From: Camelus dromedarius
Taxonomy: Eukaryota
Assembly: GCF_036321535.1 (NCBI RefSeq)
Contig: NC_087436.1
Span: 7,006,001-7,070,000, forward strand
DNA length: 64,000 bases
Direction: 5' to 3'
Each line of letters opens with the position of its first letter. The stretch's first letter is position 1. This document shows, piece by piece, positions 11,651 through 23,536 of the stretch. The notes under the pieces were generated by a model that was not told the DNA's origin, did not search any database, and worked only from the letters and a program-made list of their open reading frames with translations. A program made the position numbers and the translations under genes.

Positions 11651-14600
11651 GATACTGGGTAACCTTTAAAAGTGAGCTTTTGGTTTTCCGCTAATACCGA
11701 TAAGATAGTGTTTGCTATCCTCACCCACCCACATACCCTCCAAAGAATATCACCACCCTAAGTAGTTTCAACAACATCTTTTGGGTGATCTATTATAAAT
11801 TGTTTCCGTTTGATAGTGCAAAATAAATAACCAATACCTAGCAATGTATTTAAAACTTCTTCTCAAACCTTCGTACTGTTTTTCCAGGATTCTGTCTTTG
11901 TTAGGCTCTACTTTGAGTAGCTTTCTCTCTCTCTCTCTTTTTACTGGCTCTTTTTGTCTAAATAAATATGCTGTTTTCAGATGTTTCCACTTGTCTTGCT
12001 TTTGTTGAGACACTAGTGGTCAGTTCCCCTTGTCATCACAGAGTGTGACTCGGTACTCAGGATTGTGCGCTGGGAATGTGTGGGTCGGCCGTCAGCTGCT
12101 GCAGGAGACTGTCTGGAAGGGCAGAGCTGCCTTCAGGAGGGGCTGAAGTGGCGCCCCTGCTCCCGGGTCTCAGGCGGTGGGGGTGCTTTGGTAAAAGCTG
12201 AGATGAGCGGGAATATTCTGTGGGGTTAGTGGTCACAGCGGATTCATGCATCACCTCTCACTTAGAGAAATTTCCCCTTTTAATACTGGTCTCATTTTCT
12301 TCCCTACTGTACTTTTACCTTTATTGTAAATGCCATGCTTTCTACTATTTTGTGTAATGTTAATATCTTACTAGTTTTGGATTTTGTCTTTATAAATCCC
12401 ACTGTATCGAATGGTATGTTTAAAAATTTTGGTCCAGCAGATTTTATTTTGCTTTACGTTACCCGTAAAATACAAGCCATCAGGAAAAACAGGTTTTGTT
12501 GTATGTTTGCTCTAAGGGAGTTTTTTAGGAAGCATTTCATATAATGCCCAGCACATTTTGCTTATGTCTACCACACTGTTGAACTAACCAGGATGATTTC
12601 TGAAGGTCATACCTGATTTCTTGTTTCCTGTCCTGTCCCATTTTGTCTTGGAATCAAGTGTAGAACGAATTCGTGAAGGCTCCTTACTCTGTTCAGTGTT
12701 TCATTATAGGTTTATGGTTATGTGTTCATACTGTGAACTGTGACTTGAGGGCACAATCAGGAGATAAATCTCCGGGCCAGTTGTGAGCAGTTCTAATAAT
12801 TGTAATTGTCTGATACATACAATTAAATATTCTAGTATTATCCTTTTAAAATATCAGCATGGCAGTAATTGAAAATTTCAGAGTGCAACTAAAATATGAA
12901 TGGGTAAAATACTCTGCCTTCTCAGAGGTTTTAAGGAGAGGGAGACATCAGATGTGTGGTTTGTTTATTCATTTATGAAAAGGAAGATGGAATATGTCAT
13001 GTTAAGCTCATGTGGTCATACTGGGCGACTGGCTCCTTGTTCAAGAGAACATTTAAAAAATTTCTGTGGCATCTAAAATATTTTCTATGTTCAGACAATC
13101 GTCTATATTTAATTATTTTCCAGGCAAATTTACTTGGAAGCATTTCCTGTCTGGAATATATTTAATGACATCAGAGGGGCGGTCCCAGCTCTGTTCCTAG
13201 TAGTGAAGTCTGCGGATGAATGCTGCCTTGTATAAAACCTGCCCCTTTTCTTTTACAATGGAGATTATTGGATCATTGTGAAAACTTACACCTTTTGCTA
13301 TTTGTTTGAAGACATCAGATTTTAAAAATGAGAACGTGTTTGTTAAAAATTAAATTCCTGCAGGATCACTTGAGTCTTTGAAAGCTCGTAGCATCTCACA
13401 TGCTGGTCATCGTGTGCCTTGTGCACAGGGCTGTGCTCCTGCAGCAGCGGGTCAGCAGTATCTTGGTTCCGTGCTGCTGTCTTTGGAGCCAACTCCCAGA
13501 ATTAGCATCACTTAATATTTCTAGCAGAGGCATCATAGATCCGCCTGCGTTAACAATTCTATACAAGGGTATCTGCGTAAGGAGGTTAATCCCGGCCGTC
13601 TGTCGGCGTTAATGAGGGGGTTGGCCAACCCTTCAGTGCTACTTGAGTTTTTAGACTATCTTGGAAGGAGTAACGTTGACCCTTATTGAAGGCTTATGAT
13701 ATATACCAGATGGCTGCTGTTTTTTCCGTATGTTTCGTCAGTCAGAACTTTCTACAGTTCTGAAGGCTCCGTGATGGTGTCTCCAGTTAGGAGAGAAACA
13801 TCCTAAGGTCATCGTGTCAAGTGACATGTTCAACGTTCATGGTCCCTCAGGCAGAGCCAAACAAAGACACAGGTCTTTTCTGTTCTCGACACATAAAATC
13901 AGTATATTTTAAAAGTGAATTTAACATGTATTGCTTTTATGTTACTTACACTTTAAGTTTGATCTAAAAGAGATATATCAAATAATTCAGCCACTTTAAT
14001 GCCGACCTGTTAAGTACCTTTGAAAGAGATGGAGCAGAGTGTGGGCTGGGCTTCGATTGACTCGTCAGTCTTTTCTGTTGCAATTAGGTTTTCCCTTTTT
14101 GAACCTTGCATCTCTCACCAATAAAGCACAGCATTGTTTCCCCTTTTAACCTTTCTACCTCATCCCAATACAGAAAAGGGTTTTCAGTGCTAATTAGCAC
14201 CATTACATAACAAAGGATGACTGTGTCATTAATTAGTGTATTTTAAATGTTAGGTCCACTCATATTGTAAGTAACAAGCCAAATCTTGCTAGAAGATCTT
14301 TTGTGAATATGACTAATGAACCAGCACAACTTAGAGTTGTCTATAAGTAGTCGTTTTTAGAGATTAAAGGAAAAAAAGTCATCTTGAAACTATTAGCTTC
14401 TGCACCAGAAAACACTGGAAGTGTGTTGGTGATATTTAATAATATTGAAAACATATATTAAATGATTTCAGAGGGGTTAAAAACCTTCTATAAAACTGAA
14501 TTTCTAGTTATGTACAACTTTGAGTAATTCAGATGATTGCCACCATTAAGAAAATCACCCTTTACTTACCTTTTTCTAAGTTTGGAAACACTGAATCTGC

Positions 14601-14879
14601 AAAGTGAGGGATGATAAAAAGAAAACCTCTAAACTATTGTTTGATTATTACTGTTATTTTTAAGAAGTAAGGGCATTTTATTATCCCTCTCCAACCACCA
14701 AAGTAGGATGATAGGGATCTCGGAATAAAGGGAAGTTACCACCAGGAAATCTTATCCCGTGGTCGATTCAGTTCCGTTCAGCTGGCCTCTCTCCTTCTGT
14801 CGTTCTGAGCCATTTTACCCCTCCTCCCACCTTGCTGCAGCCCATGTTTGGGAAAAGCTGTGTTCCCATAAGATGACCT

Positions 14880-15790
14880 TAACTTGAAAAGATTTGAGGA
14901 GTCTCCCAGTCAATCCACTAAATACCATTTATTTATTTTTTCTGCATCATCATTGGCATCCTCTGCTCTAAGATCTTTAATTACACTTAGCACTGATATT
15001 GGCAGGACAGTCCATACATCACATGTGTCAAGATTGTCCCCTACTGCCTGGTACAAAGTGAGGGTTTTGTACATCTCAGTGGTTCTTGTTTATTGTAGGA
15101 AAGACCTAATTCTAATTCTGAAGAAACTTCCTGATGTTTAGCTGAACTCTGCCTCTTTGTCAGTTTCGTTTATGGTTCTAGGTATCTTTTAAAGCAACAC
15201 AAATGAATATTCATATTCCATTTTCATGTAACTGTGCTGCAGGTTATTTAAAGAGACCTGCTCCGTTAAGCCTCTTCTCCAGGTTACACATTCCTCACTT
15301 CTTAGAACTTTTCTGAACACCTTAATCATGCAGGTTTTCTGCCGTTTGGGACGTCACAGTTACTCACTGTGGGCGGGCTGCTGTGAAGTACAGACAGCCC
15401 TGCCAGGCCCTGCAGTGCAGGCTGCAGCAGAACCTCCCGTATTCCCTGCCCAGACCTTGTGTGTCTGGGTGTGGCCTGACGTGACGTTAGGGCGTTAAGT
15501 CCTCATGCATCGACTCGCATAGCGTTTTAGGCCTGCTCGCTCTCACCAGTAACCCTTCCCGCCTCCACCCGCCCCACCGTGAATCAGGCCTCCAGCCTCA
15601 TCTCCCCGCCCTGTGCTTGCATGAGTGACGTTTGCATGGTGCACCTGGAGGTGTTTGTATTTATCCCCATTACATTTAGATTTGCTGATTTTCACCTGCC
15701 CTTTGCACCTGCCAAGTTGTTTAAAACACCGAATTTTGTCAGCAGGCACATTGGACATCTTTTCAGGTTGCACAACTAACTGCCCTTTGC
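14880..15790 (-). mobile_element. Ancient CR1/L3-like LINE fragments
   Basis: Degenerate motifs (cctcttctccaggttacacattcc, cccattacatttaga) resemble L3/CR1; visual recognition only. Confidence 0.4.
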
Positions 15791-18018
15791 CTGTCTCCTC
15801 ATCCTAAAGCCAGCGTGATGATACTTCACAGCTTACTTTTGAAAAAGTTTAAGTGGAATCACTTCTGCCTTCATTCTTTGAGCAGTTGCTGTGTGTGGAG
15901 TACTAGGGATGAAACATAATTTATCACCAACAGTATCAGAGAAATAAAATAACGTGGTGCGGTCCCCACCTTCAGTGCACTTACATTCCCGTATTTCCAG
16001 TATTACATTCCATATTCCAATATTTCTGGCCAATATTTCTCTTTGTGTTAAAAATAAAGGGATAATTAACAATTTATGGTGCTCGTGCAAACATTCATCA
16101 TAAGGGACTAGGTCACATGCCAAATTAGTAATAAAGATAGCCATCTCTATTAACATTTGGAATGTTGCTCAATGAAATACTGAAGTCAGGAGCCACGCTG
16201 AGGCCCGGCCCTGAGAAAAAGCGGTGAAATGATTTGCAGCCCATGTGCAAGGACTCCGCCTCTGAACCTTGAGTGTTTGGAGATGAAGTCTGGTCTTTTC
16301 TTAAAACAGGTTCTGGGGAATGAGGTAAGCTTTGTTAAATCAGCCGTTAAAGTCTGTTTGTTTTTCAAATAAGTGCATTTTGAAAACCCCCAATCTTTGT
16401 GTTGGAATTTCTTACCGATTTACAGGCTTATTTTTATTGGTTTTTCTGCGTGTCTCCATTTCGTGCCATTCTTTAATCTTCCTCTTCTAACACGGTCCGT
16501 GTAAATATTGAGCATGGTTATTACAGGTAGGTTACATTAGTGCTCCAATTAGGAGTCAGGTGCAACATAAGCAGTTTGTAGTCAGGTACTTTGTTATTAA
16601 AGAAAAAATAGCCCCAGGATATCTTTGGAACCTGTCTTTAGAGTGTAGCTGGGTGATCTTTCTTGGACTCTCAGTTAGCTCTTTCTGATACAAAGTGCTA
16701 ATTCAAGTCACGATTCCTAGTATTTCTAAACCCGTATTTAAATTAAACTCAGACATTTATTCAACACTTATTATGTATCAGGCCTGGTGTTGGTATCTCT
16801 CCTTTTATTTCATAATTAAATAATTTTGATAATGAATGTGAAGTACTGTTTTATTGGTCAAAGTAGAAAAAAAAAATTCTAGCCTGGATCTCCTCAGTGA
16901 GGAGGGGGTGTGTGCGTGTAGTGGGGTGGGGGGAGCACCTGTCTGAAGTTTCCCTGGGGCTGGGCTAGATGATGTGAAACGTAGAGTTGAGTTACGATGT
17001 GAAGAATTTGTCAGATCATCATATTTTTTGAAGAAAGATATCATAATGCTAATAGGGGGATGTATTGGGTTTAGGAAAAGAGAAGTGAAACTTCTGACCA
17101 TACTGAGCACGGTAACTGTATTTTGCGTTGGCTTAGTACTTAATGGATTTGGTGTGGTCATATAGAAAATAGCGTCTTTAAATGTCTTCTCTTTGGTGAA
17201 CAGTAAAACATTGGGAATCAGATTTGTAGAATATTTTGTTCCCAGTATCGAAGAAGAAATTCTTCCTGCCTCTCCCACAGATTTCCTCCAACCGCTGTAG
17301 TTTTTCCTCTAGGGTAGGGGGAAGAGAGGAAAAAATCAGTATCTGGATAGTGAGTAAGTAAAGGAAATGAAATAGAAACCCGGAGTTCTATTTCGTGTAC
17401 GAACTCTTTAATCCTATACAGTTTATTTTTCTATGAAAGATGAATACTTTATTTTATTGATTCCCTTGGGTTTTGACCAAGTTTAATGAAATGTTTGTAA
17501 AGCAAATGGAGATCTATGGATAAACACTGTAGATATTATAAATAAATAAACACATACTAATCGTAAATGTGGTTAATAATTACTGAGAACAGACCATTTT
17601 TCTCAATTTCATGGTAATTAGAAAAGGAATACTTTAGTTGGAAAAAGTGAATGAATGCAGTGGTTCTCACTGTAGCTTGGGAAGGTTTTACATTAAGTAA
17701 TTTCTTGAAGTGTGTATGTAATCTTGATCTTTTGGGTCTTTGTTACTGATAATTTGCAAGTCATTAGATGTTCCTAACACAGGCAGCAAGTTGTCACATT
17801 GTCCTTTTTCTAGCTGGATTTATTTAATGCTACTTGCTGAATCCAGGTGGTTAAGGAATAGGGTAAACATACCCCAAATTCAGGCTCAGTGTGATTTATG
17901 TTTGTTTGTGTAAAATCTATACTATGGGATCCTCTTAAATCTCCAGTTTGTATTTCATTTCTTAAGCAGTGTTTGGCACATAGTAACCTGGTATAATTGT
18001 ATTTCAATGTACAAGGTT

Positions 18019-18168
18019 GGGAGAGGGTGTGGCTCAAGTAGTAGAGAGCATGCTTAGCACGCACAAGGTCCTGGGTTCAATCCCCAGTACCTCTTCTAAA
18101 AATAAATAAGCAAATAAACCTAATTACCTACCCCCCCAAAAAAAGAAATGTTAAAAAAAAAAAACAGA
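18019..18168 (+). mobile_element. tRNA-Ala-derived SINE (Vic-1-type), long form
   Basis: tRNA head, AAATAA repeats, CCTAATTACCT-C-run and poly(A); AATGTACA direct repeat at 18006-18013 and 18169-18176. Confidence 0.9.
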
Positions 18169-18569
18169 AATGTACAGAGTAGAATGGGTGGTAAAATTTA
18201 GGTATTGCACTCATGAGTTTTAAAATATGTAGGTTTTGGGCACAAGGCCAGGGGGCGAGAGAAATCATATGAGTCTCAACACAGAACGGCAGGGGCGCCT
18301 GGCAGGGGTGTGGTTCTCCACTTCACCTGTCAGCCTCCCCTATTAGGCAAGTTTCCTTCTGCAGAGAAGTATCACGTTTTTCTGGAGACATGAGCAGCAG
18401 AGACAGACGAACCTTCATCTAAAAGGTGGGCCCCCGTCAACATGGGGCTGATTTGACTTAAACCCTCCTGGAGAGGAACTTCTGCCACAGGGACACTTGG
18501 GACATGGGCTCAATGGGTGACAGGTATAGACCTTGATGATTTAGTTCTTGGGTCGCCCTTTTCACTTGG

Positions 18570-18905
18570 GTGTGTCATCAGTTGCGTGTAACACTAAAAT
18601 TTAGCCTTTCCAACCATGTTTAAGTGTACAGTCAGTGGCGTTAAATACATCCCCAACCTTATGTAGGCATCGCCACTGTCCGTCTCTGGAGCTGGGACTT
18701 CCCCAGCTGGAGCTCCGCGCACATTAAACACAGCTCCTCGCTTCCCGTCCCCAGCCCACACCCACCATCCCCGCCACTTCTGGGAAGTTGACTGCCCTGG
18801 GGACTTCAGATCAGCAGAATCGTACCATGCTTGTCTTTTGGTGACAGAATTATTGCACTTAGCATAGTGTCTTCAAGGTTTCTCCTTGTAGCTTGCAGGA
18901 GAATT
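18570..18905 (-). mobile_element. L1MB-like 3' fragment
   Basis: aagtgtacagtcagtggcgttaaatacat… tcttttggtgac…ttgcacttagcatagtgtcttcaaggttt motifs. Confidence 0.7.
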
Positions 18906-18919
18906 TTATTCCGTAAGAC

Positions 18920-20345
18920 AATTTTTTTTAGAGCAGTTTTAGGTTTACGGCAAAATTGAGGAAAAGTTACTGAAATTTCCCATCCATCTCTGCCCACGCA
19001 GATACGGAGGCTCACTCGCTAGAATGGTACTTTTATTTTTTCTAAACCAAGGATGAACCTGTATTGACGTATCATATTCGTGCAAAATCTATAGTTTTCC
19101 TCGGGGTTCACTCCTGATGTTGTACAGGTGGGTTTGGACAAATGTATAATGACGTGTTTCCATCATTACTATATCATGCAGAGTGTTTTCTCTGCCCTGA
19201 AATTCCTCTGCACTCAACCTGTCCGTCTCTGTACCCTCTCTCACCCCTCACAGCGACCACTGATCTCTCGTCTGCATAGTTTTGCCTTTTCCAGAATGTC
19301 ATATAGTGGGAATCATACCTAGTCTGTAGCATTGGAGATTGGCTTCTTTCACTTAGTATTATGCATTTAAAGTCTCCGTCTTTTCGTGGCTTGATAGCTG
19401 GTTTCTTTTTAGCGCTGAATAATATTTCCTTGTCTTGACACACCACAGTTTATTTATACATGAAGGACATCTTGGTGGTTTCCAAGTTTTGGCAGTTATG
19501 AAAAAGACCGCTGTAAATACCTCTGTGCGGGTGTTTGTGTGGACATAAGTTTTCAGCTGCTTTGGGTGTACACCAAGCAGTGAGGTTGCTGGGTAGTCAG
19601 GTAGAAGTTTATTCACACTGTCTTCCAAAGTGGCTGCACCATTTTGCTTTTCCATCAGCAGTGAATGAGAGTTCCCGTTGCTCCCCATCCTCGCCAGCAC
19701 TTGGTGTTGTCGGTGTTTCAGATTCTGACTTCCCTAATGGGTGTGCAGTGGTGTCTCGTTGTTTTGATTTGCATTCCCTCATGAGGGATGATGTGGAGCA
19801 TCTTTTCTTGTGCGTGTTACCGATGTGTGTATCTTCTTTGGTGAGATTTCTGTTAAGGTCTTTGGCCCATTTTTTAAATCAAGTTTTGTCTTATTGTTGA
19901 GTTTTAAGAGTTCTTTGTATATTTTGGGTAAGGGTCCTTTATCAGATGTGTCTTTTGCAAATATTTTTCCCCAGTCTGTGGCTTGTCTTCTAATTCTCAT
20001 AATACCATCCTTTACAGAGCAGAAGTTTTTAATTTTAGTGAGGTCCAGCTTATTTGTTATTTCTTGAACCATATCTTTGGTGTTGTATCTAAAAAGTCAT
20101 CACCATACCCAAGGCATCTACATTTTCTCTTATTATCTTGTAGGAATTTTATAGTTTGTGTTTTACCTTTAGGTCTATGATCCTTTTTTAGTTAATTTTT
20201 GTGGATGGTGGAAGGTCTGTGTCTAGACTGTTTCTAGACTTTTTTTTTTCTTCCACATGTGGAGGTCCACTTATTCTGGGACCATTTGTTGACGAGACTG
20301 TCTTTGCTCTATTGTACTGTCTTTTCTCTTTTGTCAAAGATCAGC
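18920..20345 (-). mobile_element. Old L1 (L1MC-like): 3' UTR plus degraded ORF2 C-terminus
   Basis: Minus-strand ORF fragments 19779..20072 (KLDLTKIKNFCSVKD…RQATDWGKIFA…KIYKELLKLN) and 19359..19700 are L1 ORF2p C-terminal remnants; the terminus reads tttagagcagttttaggtttac. Confidence 0.88.
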
Positions 20346-20599
20346 ACCATTTGCTTTTAAATATATCCTTTGTCTGTTGTAGAAAAAAAAAACTTGGGAT
20401 TTTGATAGGAACTAGTTTATAAGATCAAATATGGTCTTGCTAATGTCCATTCCCGGTCCTTTGGGAGTTCAGTCACTCACAGAATGTGGGTGTGTACAGC
20501 ATGCAGTCTTCTGGCCGCTGCAAGTCCGGTGGCACACAGACAAACATGGCGCCGGACATCGCGGAGAGCAGAGTGTAGCAAGGGGAGCAGGTACTAACT

Positions 20600-21620
20600 G
20601 CTTAAGTAATTTCATGATTAAGTGTACACACAGCATGATGGGGCAGCGATACACAGTGCCATGGTAATGTGTTGGTGGTATGTGTGGGTAGCCATGGTGA
20701 TATCGTGGTAGCTGGATGGCATCTCGCCAGTGTGTGCTGAGAGGTGGGGTGGGAGTCCAGATGGGGCAACAGTGTGTGAAAAGGGCCTCTTGCCCACTCC
20801 AGGAAGTAGGAGCAGCCCAGGCGACCTGGAGGGGGTGAATACGGGGCAGGTCTTGAAAACATGTGCGTCTTGCAGGCTATAACAAGAGTTGCAGTCTGTG
20901 TGCTGAGAACCATGGGAGGCCACTGATGCGTCTTAATTTGAAAGTTGGGGAGCTCAGTGGGTTAGGTTGAAATGGCCAGGTTTTCATTTTTAAAAGATCT
21001 CAGAGGCAGAATGTCAAATGCGTTGAGTGGATGAGGTTAGAACTAAATCCAGACACTTCATTAAGGAGACTTTTTGCAATTTTCAAGGCAAAAAATAATG
21101 TTTGAAGTGGTATGATAGCAGTAGAGACGGAGAGAAATCTGAATTTTAGAAAAGGTAGAGAACTTAATTAGTGGGATATTGTGATGGATTGGACATGGAG
21201 AAAGGTGTGCAGGGTCACTTGAGGATGTCGCAACTGTGCAACAGGACCCTGGTGGTCCTTCCTTTGAGAAGTCAGTGGGGTGAAGGAATGATGGAACCCC
21301 GTGTAGGTGATTCTGGAGAGATTTGCCTGTGAAAGAGGTTGGACTGTAGTCATGGGAGAATGTGGAATCTGGGGAAGGTTTTCTGCTTTGTTTTTGAGAT
21401 GGGAAAGACCTAAACATATTTAAAAGCCAGTGCAGAGAGCGTCTCATTGTGGAGGAGAGGTTGAACACACGTGGGAGAAATGGGACAGGGGTAGCAGCAG
21501 TCTGAAAGGGGTGTGTGGAGTGGGGGGGAATAGGGTCCGAAACATGGATGTGGAGGGAATGGCTGCTTTAGATGTGAGGGGAAAGGAAGGAGAATTAACG
21601 GGGCGGGTGTGGTGTTAGGT
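20600..21620. mobile_element. L2 LINE fragments
   Basis: Purine-rich degenerate L2-like motifs (ttttaaaagatctc, ttaaggagact, gagatgggaaagacctaaacatatttaaa). Confidence 0.55.
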
Positions 21621-22149
21621 AGGTAGATAGAAACACAAGTTAGCAAGCTCTCGCGATTTCCCAGTTATTCAAGTTGCTAGATTCTCCATATCTATTTTCT
21701 GTTCTGTATACAATTTATAGAAGGACGTGACTATGAGCAGCTGACCAGTGCTTCAGCGTTGAAATGCCGACTATAATGCTGTCTCTTCAAATAACCTACG
21801 AACCTGGGTAAAATTAAGAGTTTGTGGTAGAATGACATAGCCTTATTAAATGTCAACTTCCTACCTCTAAAAGAAGTTTGATTCAGTTTCTTTTTTTTTT
21901 TAAGAGCCCAAGTGGGTTTATTTTGATATTATTTGCAAGGCGCTGTGTGAGTGTACATGTGTGTGCATGTGCATGGGTGTTTGTGAAAATCACATCTTCT
22001 GAATTGATACAAAGCCTCTTAAATGTGCATTTTGTGAATTTTGGGTGGACACTTGTTTCCTCGAGCACAGGGATATTTGAGGGTGGGGAAGGGGTCACGT
22101 CTACCCTCGTGCCTTCACCTTGGTGAAAGACCGTATTTTAGTTCAAAGC

Positions 22150-23476
22150 TGTTCGAGTAAGTCCTCTCTCCGTTTCCCCACCCTGTCTTCAGTGATATTA
22201 TTTGGAGTCAGCAATCAATGGATCCCATCCCTCTGAGACTTGCTTAACCTACAGCCGCTGATAGAACACAGGCAAGAGCTCGTTACTTTATCTGAATTGT
22301 CCATCGCTACCTTAATGAGTGAAATGGTTAAGGAGAGGAGGGGGCGAGCCTTAAGGAATGTGAGGACTATTTGAGCTGAATATTTCAGTGTATATAGGGA
22401 GAGGGAGGGTGAGAGAGAAATCCACTTACATCACTAGAACTGCATTGAGTGTGAGCCTTGCAGGTTAAGAGACAGACTACAGTGTCTTGCTTTTCTGCAG
22501 GAAGCAGCAATGCCGTTTGTTTCCTAAGAGGAATTTTTTATTTAGAGAAGGAAGCTTTCTCTCTACCCAGGAAATGGCTTTCCTTGTGCGTTGCTATGCC
22601 AACTGCCTGCAGCCATGGTCCTCCAAAGTAAGCACAATAATGTAATTATATCGGTGTGTTGCATTCAGACTCATGATGCTCGAGCTTGTGTGTGTGCATG
22701 TGCCGTGTTTCCGTGAGTGGCTCCCGTGCTGGCAGGCATGCTTGTGCTGAGTGTGAGGGACAGACATCATTAGATTAAATGTCCATCAGTGTCATGCCTC
22801 TGAGATTAATTGTGCAAACTTGGTTTAGTGGAGTGGGGCAGAGATCACTGGTCAGCACTCCGTCAGCATCTTCAGCTGCCAGGGAGGAGGTCCCGATTCA
22901 CACGCTCTGCCCTGATTCTTTCCTTCCTTTCTTCTTCCTCCCTTTCTTTCTTGGTTGGAGGGGTCCGTGTGTGCGATTGCAAATGAAACAAGAGTATTAA
23001 CCATGCTTGGCTGGATGCTGGGGACCGGTGCCTGCACTGCCCTGACTCGTATCTGTATGAAGCCTTTTGGAGGGGAGACTGTGTGCAGTCAGCCATTTTA
23101 GCTTTTTTTTTTCCTTTCCTTTTCTTTTGCCTCTTGTTCTTCAGTCTCAGAAATGATCTTGTTCTCTTGGAAGACTGGGAGCTGTATAAGGTTTCCTGTC
23201 TTGTCATAGCCTAAGATGGATAGAGTTTCAGCGTTATAGAAATGGGGCCGGGCAGGGTCGTTCGGTTGCCTTTTCTGGTCCACAAGTGTGTGGGTTTTGA
23301 GCTCACCAGTAGTGACACTTGGAGCTGCAGCCTGCTCTCCTCCTCCGTCTTTTTTTTTTCCTCTCCTCTCTTTCTTTTTCTCTTTTCTCTTAATTTAATG
23401 CCGTAAAGGGTGACTTGCCATCCACGAGAGACTGGCACACGATGTGCAGACTCAGTTCAGCGTGCGTTTCTGCATT
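22150..23476 (+). promoter_or_regulatory. RAPGEF2: Internal alternative promoter / 5'UTR region for the short RAPGEF2 isoforms
   Basis: Repeat-free stretch containing two ATG-bearing exons. A TATA-like TATATAG at 22391-22397 has a pyrimidine Inr-like TCCACTT about 30 nt downstream. The exact TSS cannot be determined. Confidence 0.6.
22574..22627 (+). CDS. RAPGEF2: RAPGEF2 alternative N-terminal coding exon MAFLVRCYANCLQPWSSK
   Basis: ATG in good Kozak context (gaaATGg), 18 open codons, donor AAA|GTAAGC at 22628, phase 0 and in frame with exon 60153. It resembles a RAPGEF2 isoform N-terminus I recall. Confidence 0.78.
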
Positions 23477-23536
23477 ATGAAACCACTAGCAACCCCAGCT
23501 AACCATGGAGTTACGGGCCAGCAGGAGAAACACTCA
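23477..23536 (+). CDS. RAPGEF2: RAPGEF2 first coding exon of the canonical short isoform, MKPLATPANHGVTGQQEKHS
   Basis: Matches the recalled human N-terminus MKPLAIPANHGVMGQQEKHS at 18/20 residues; donor TCA|GTAAGT at 23537, phase 0. Confidence 0.95.
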
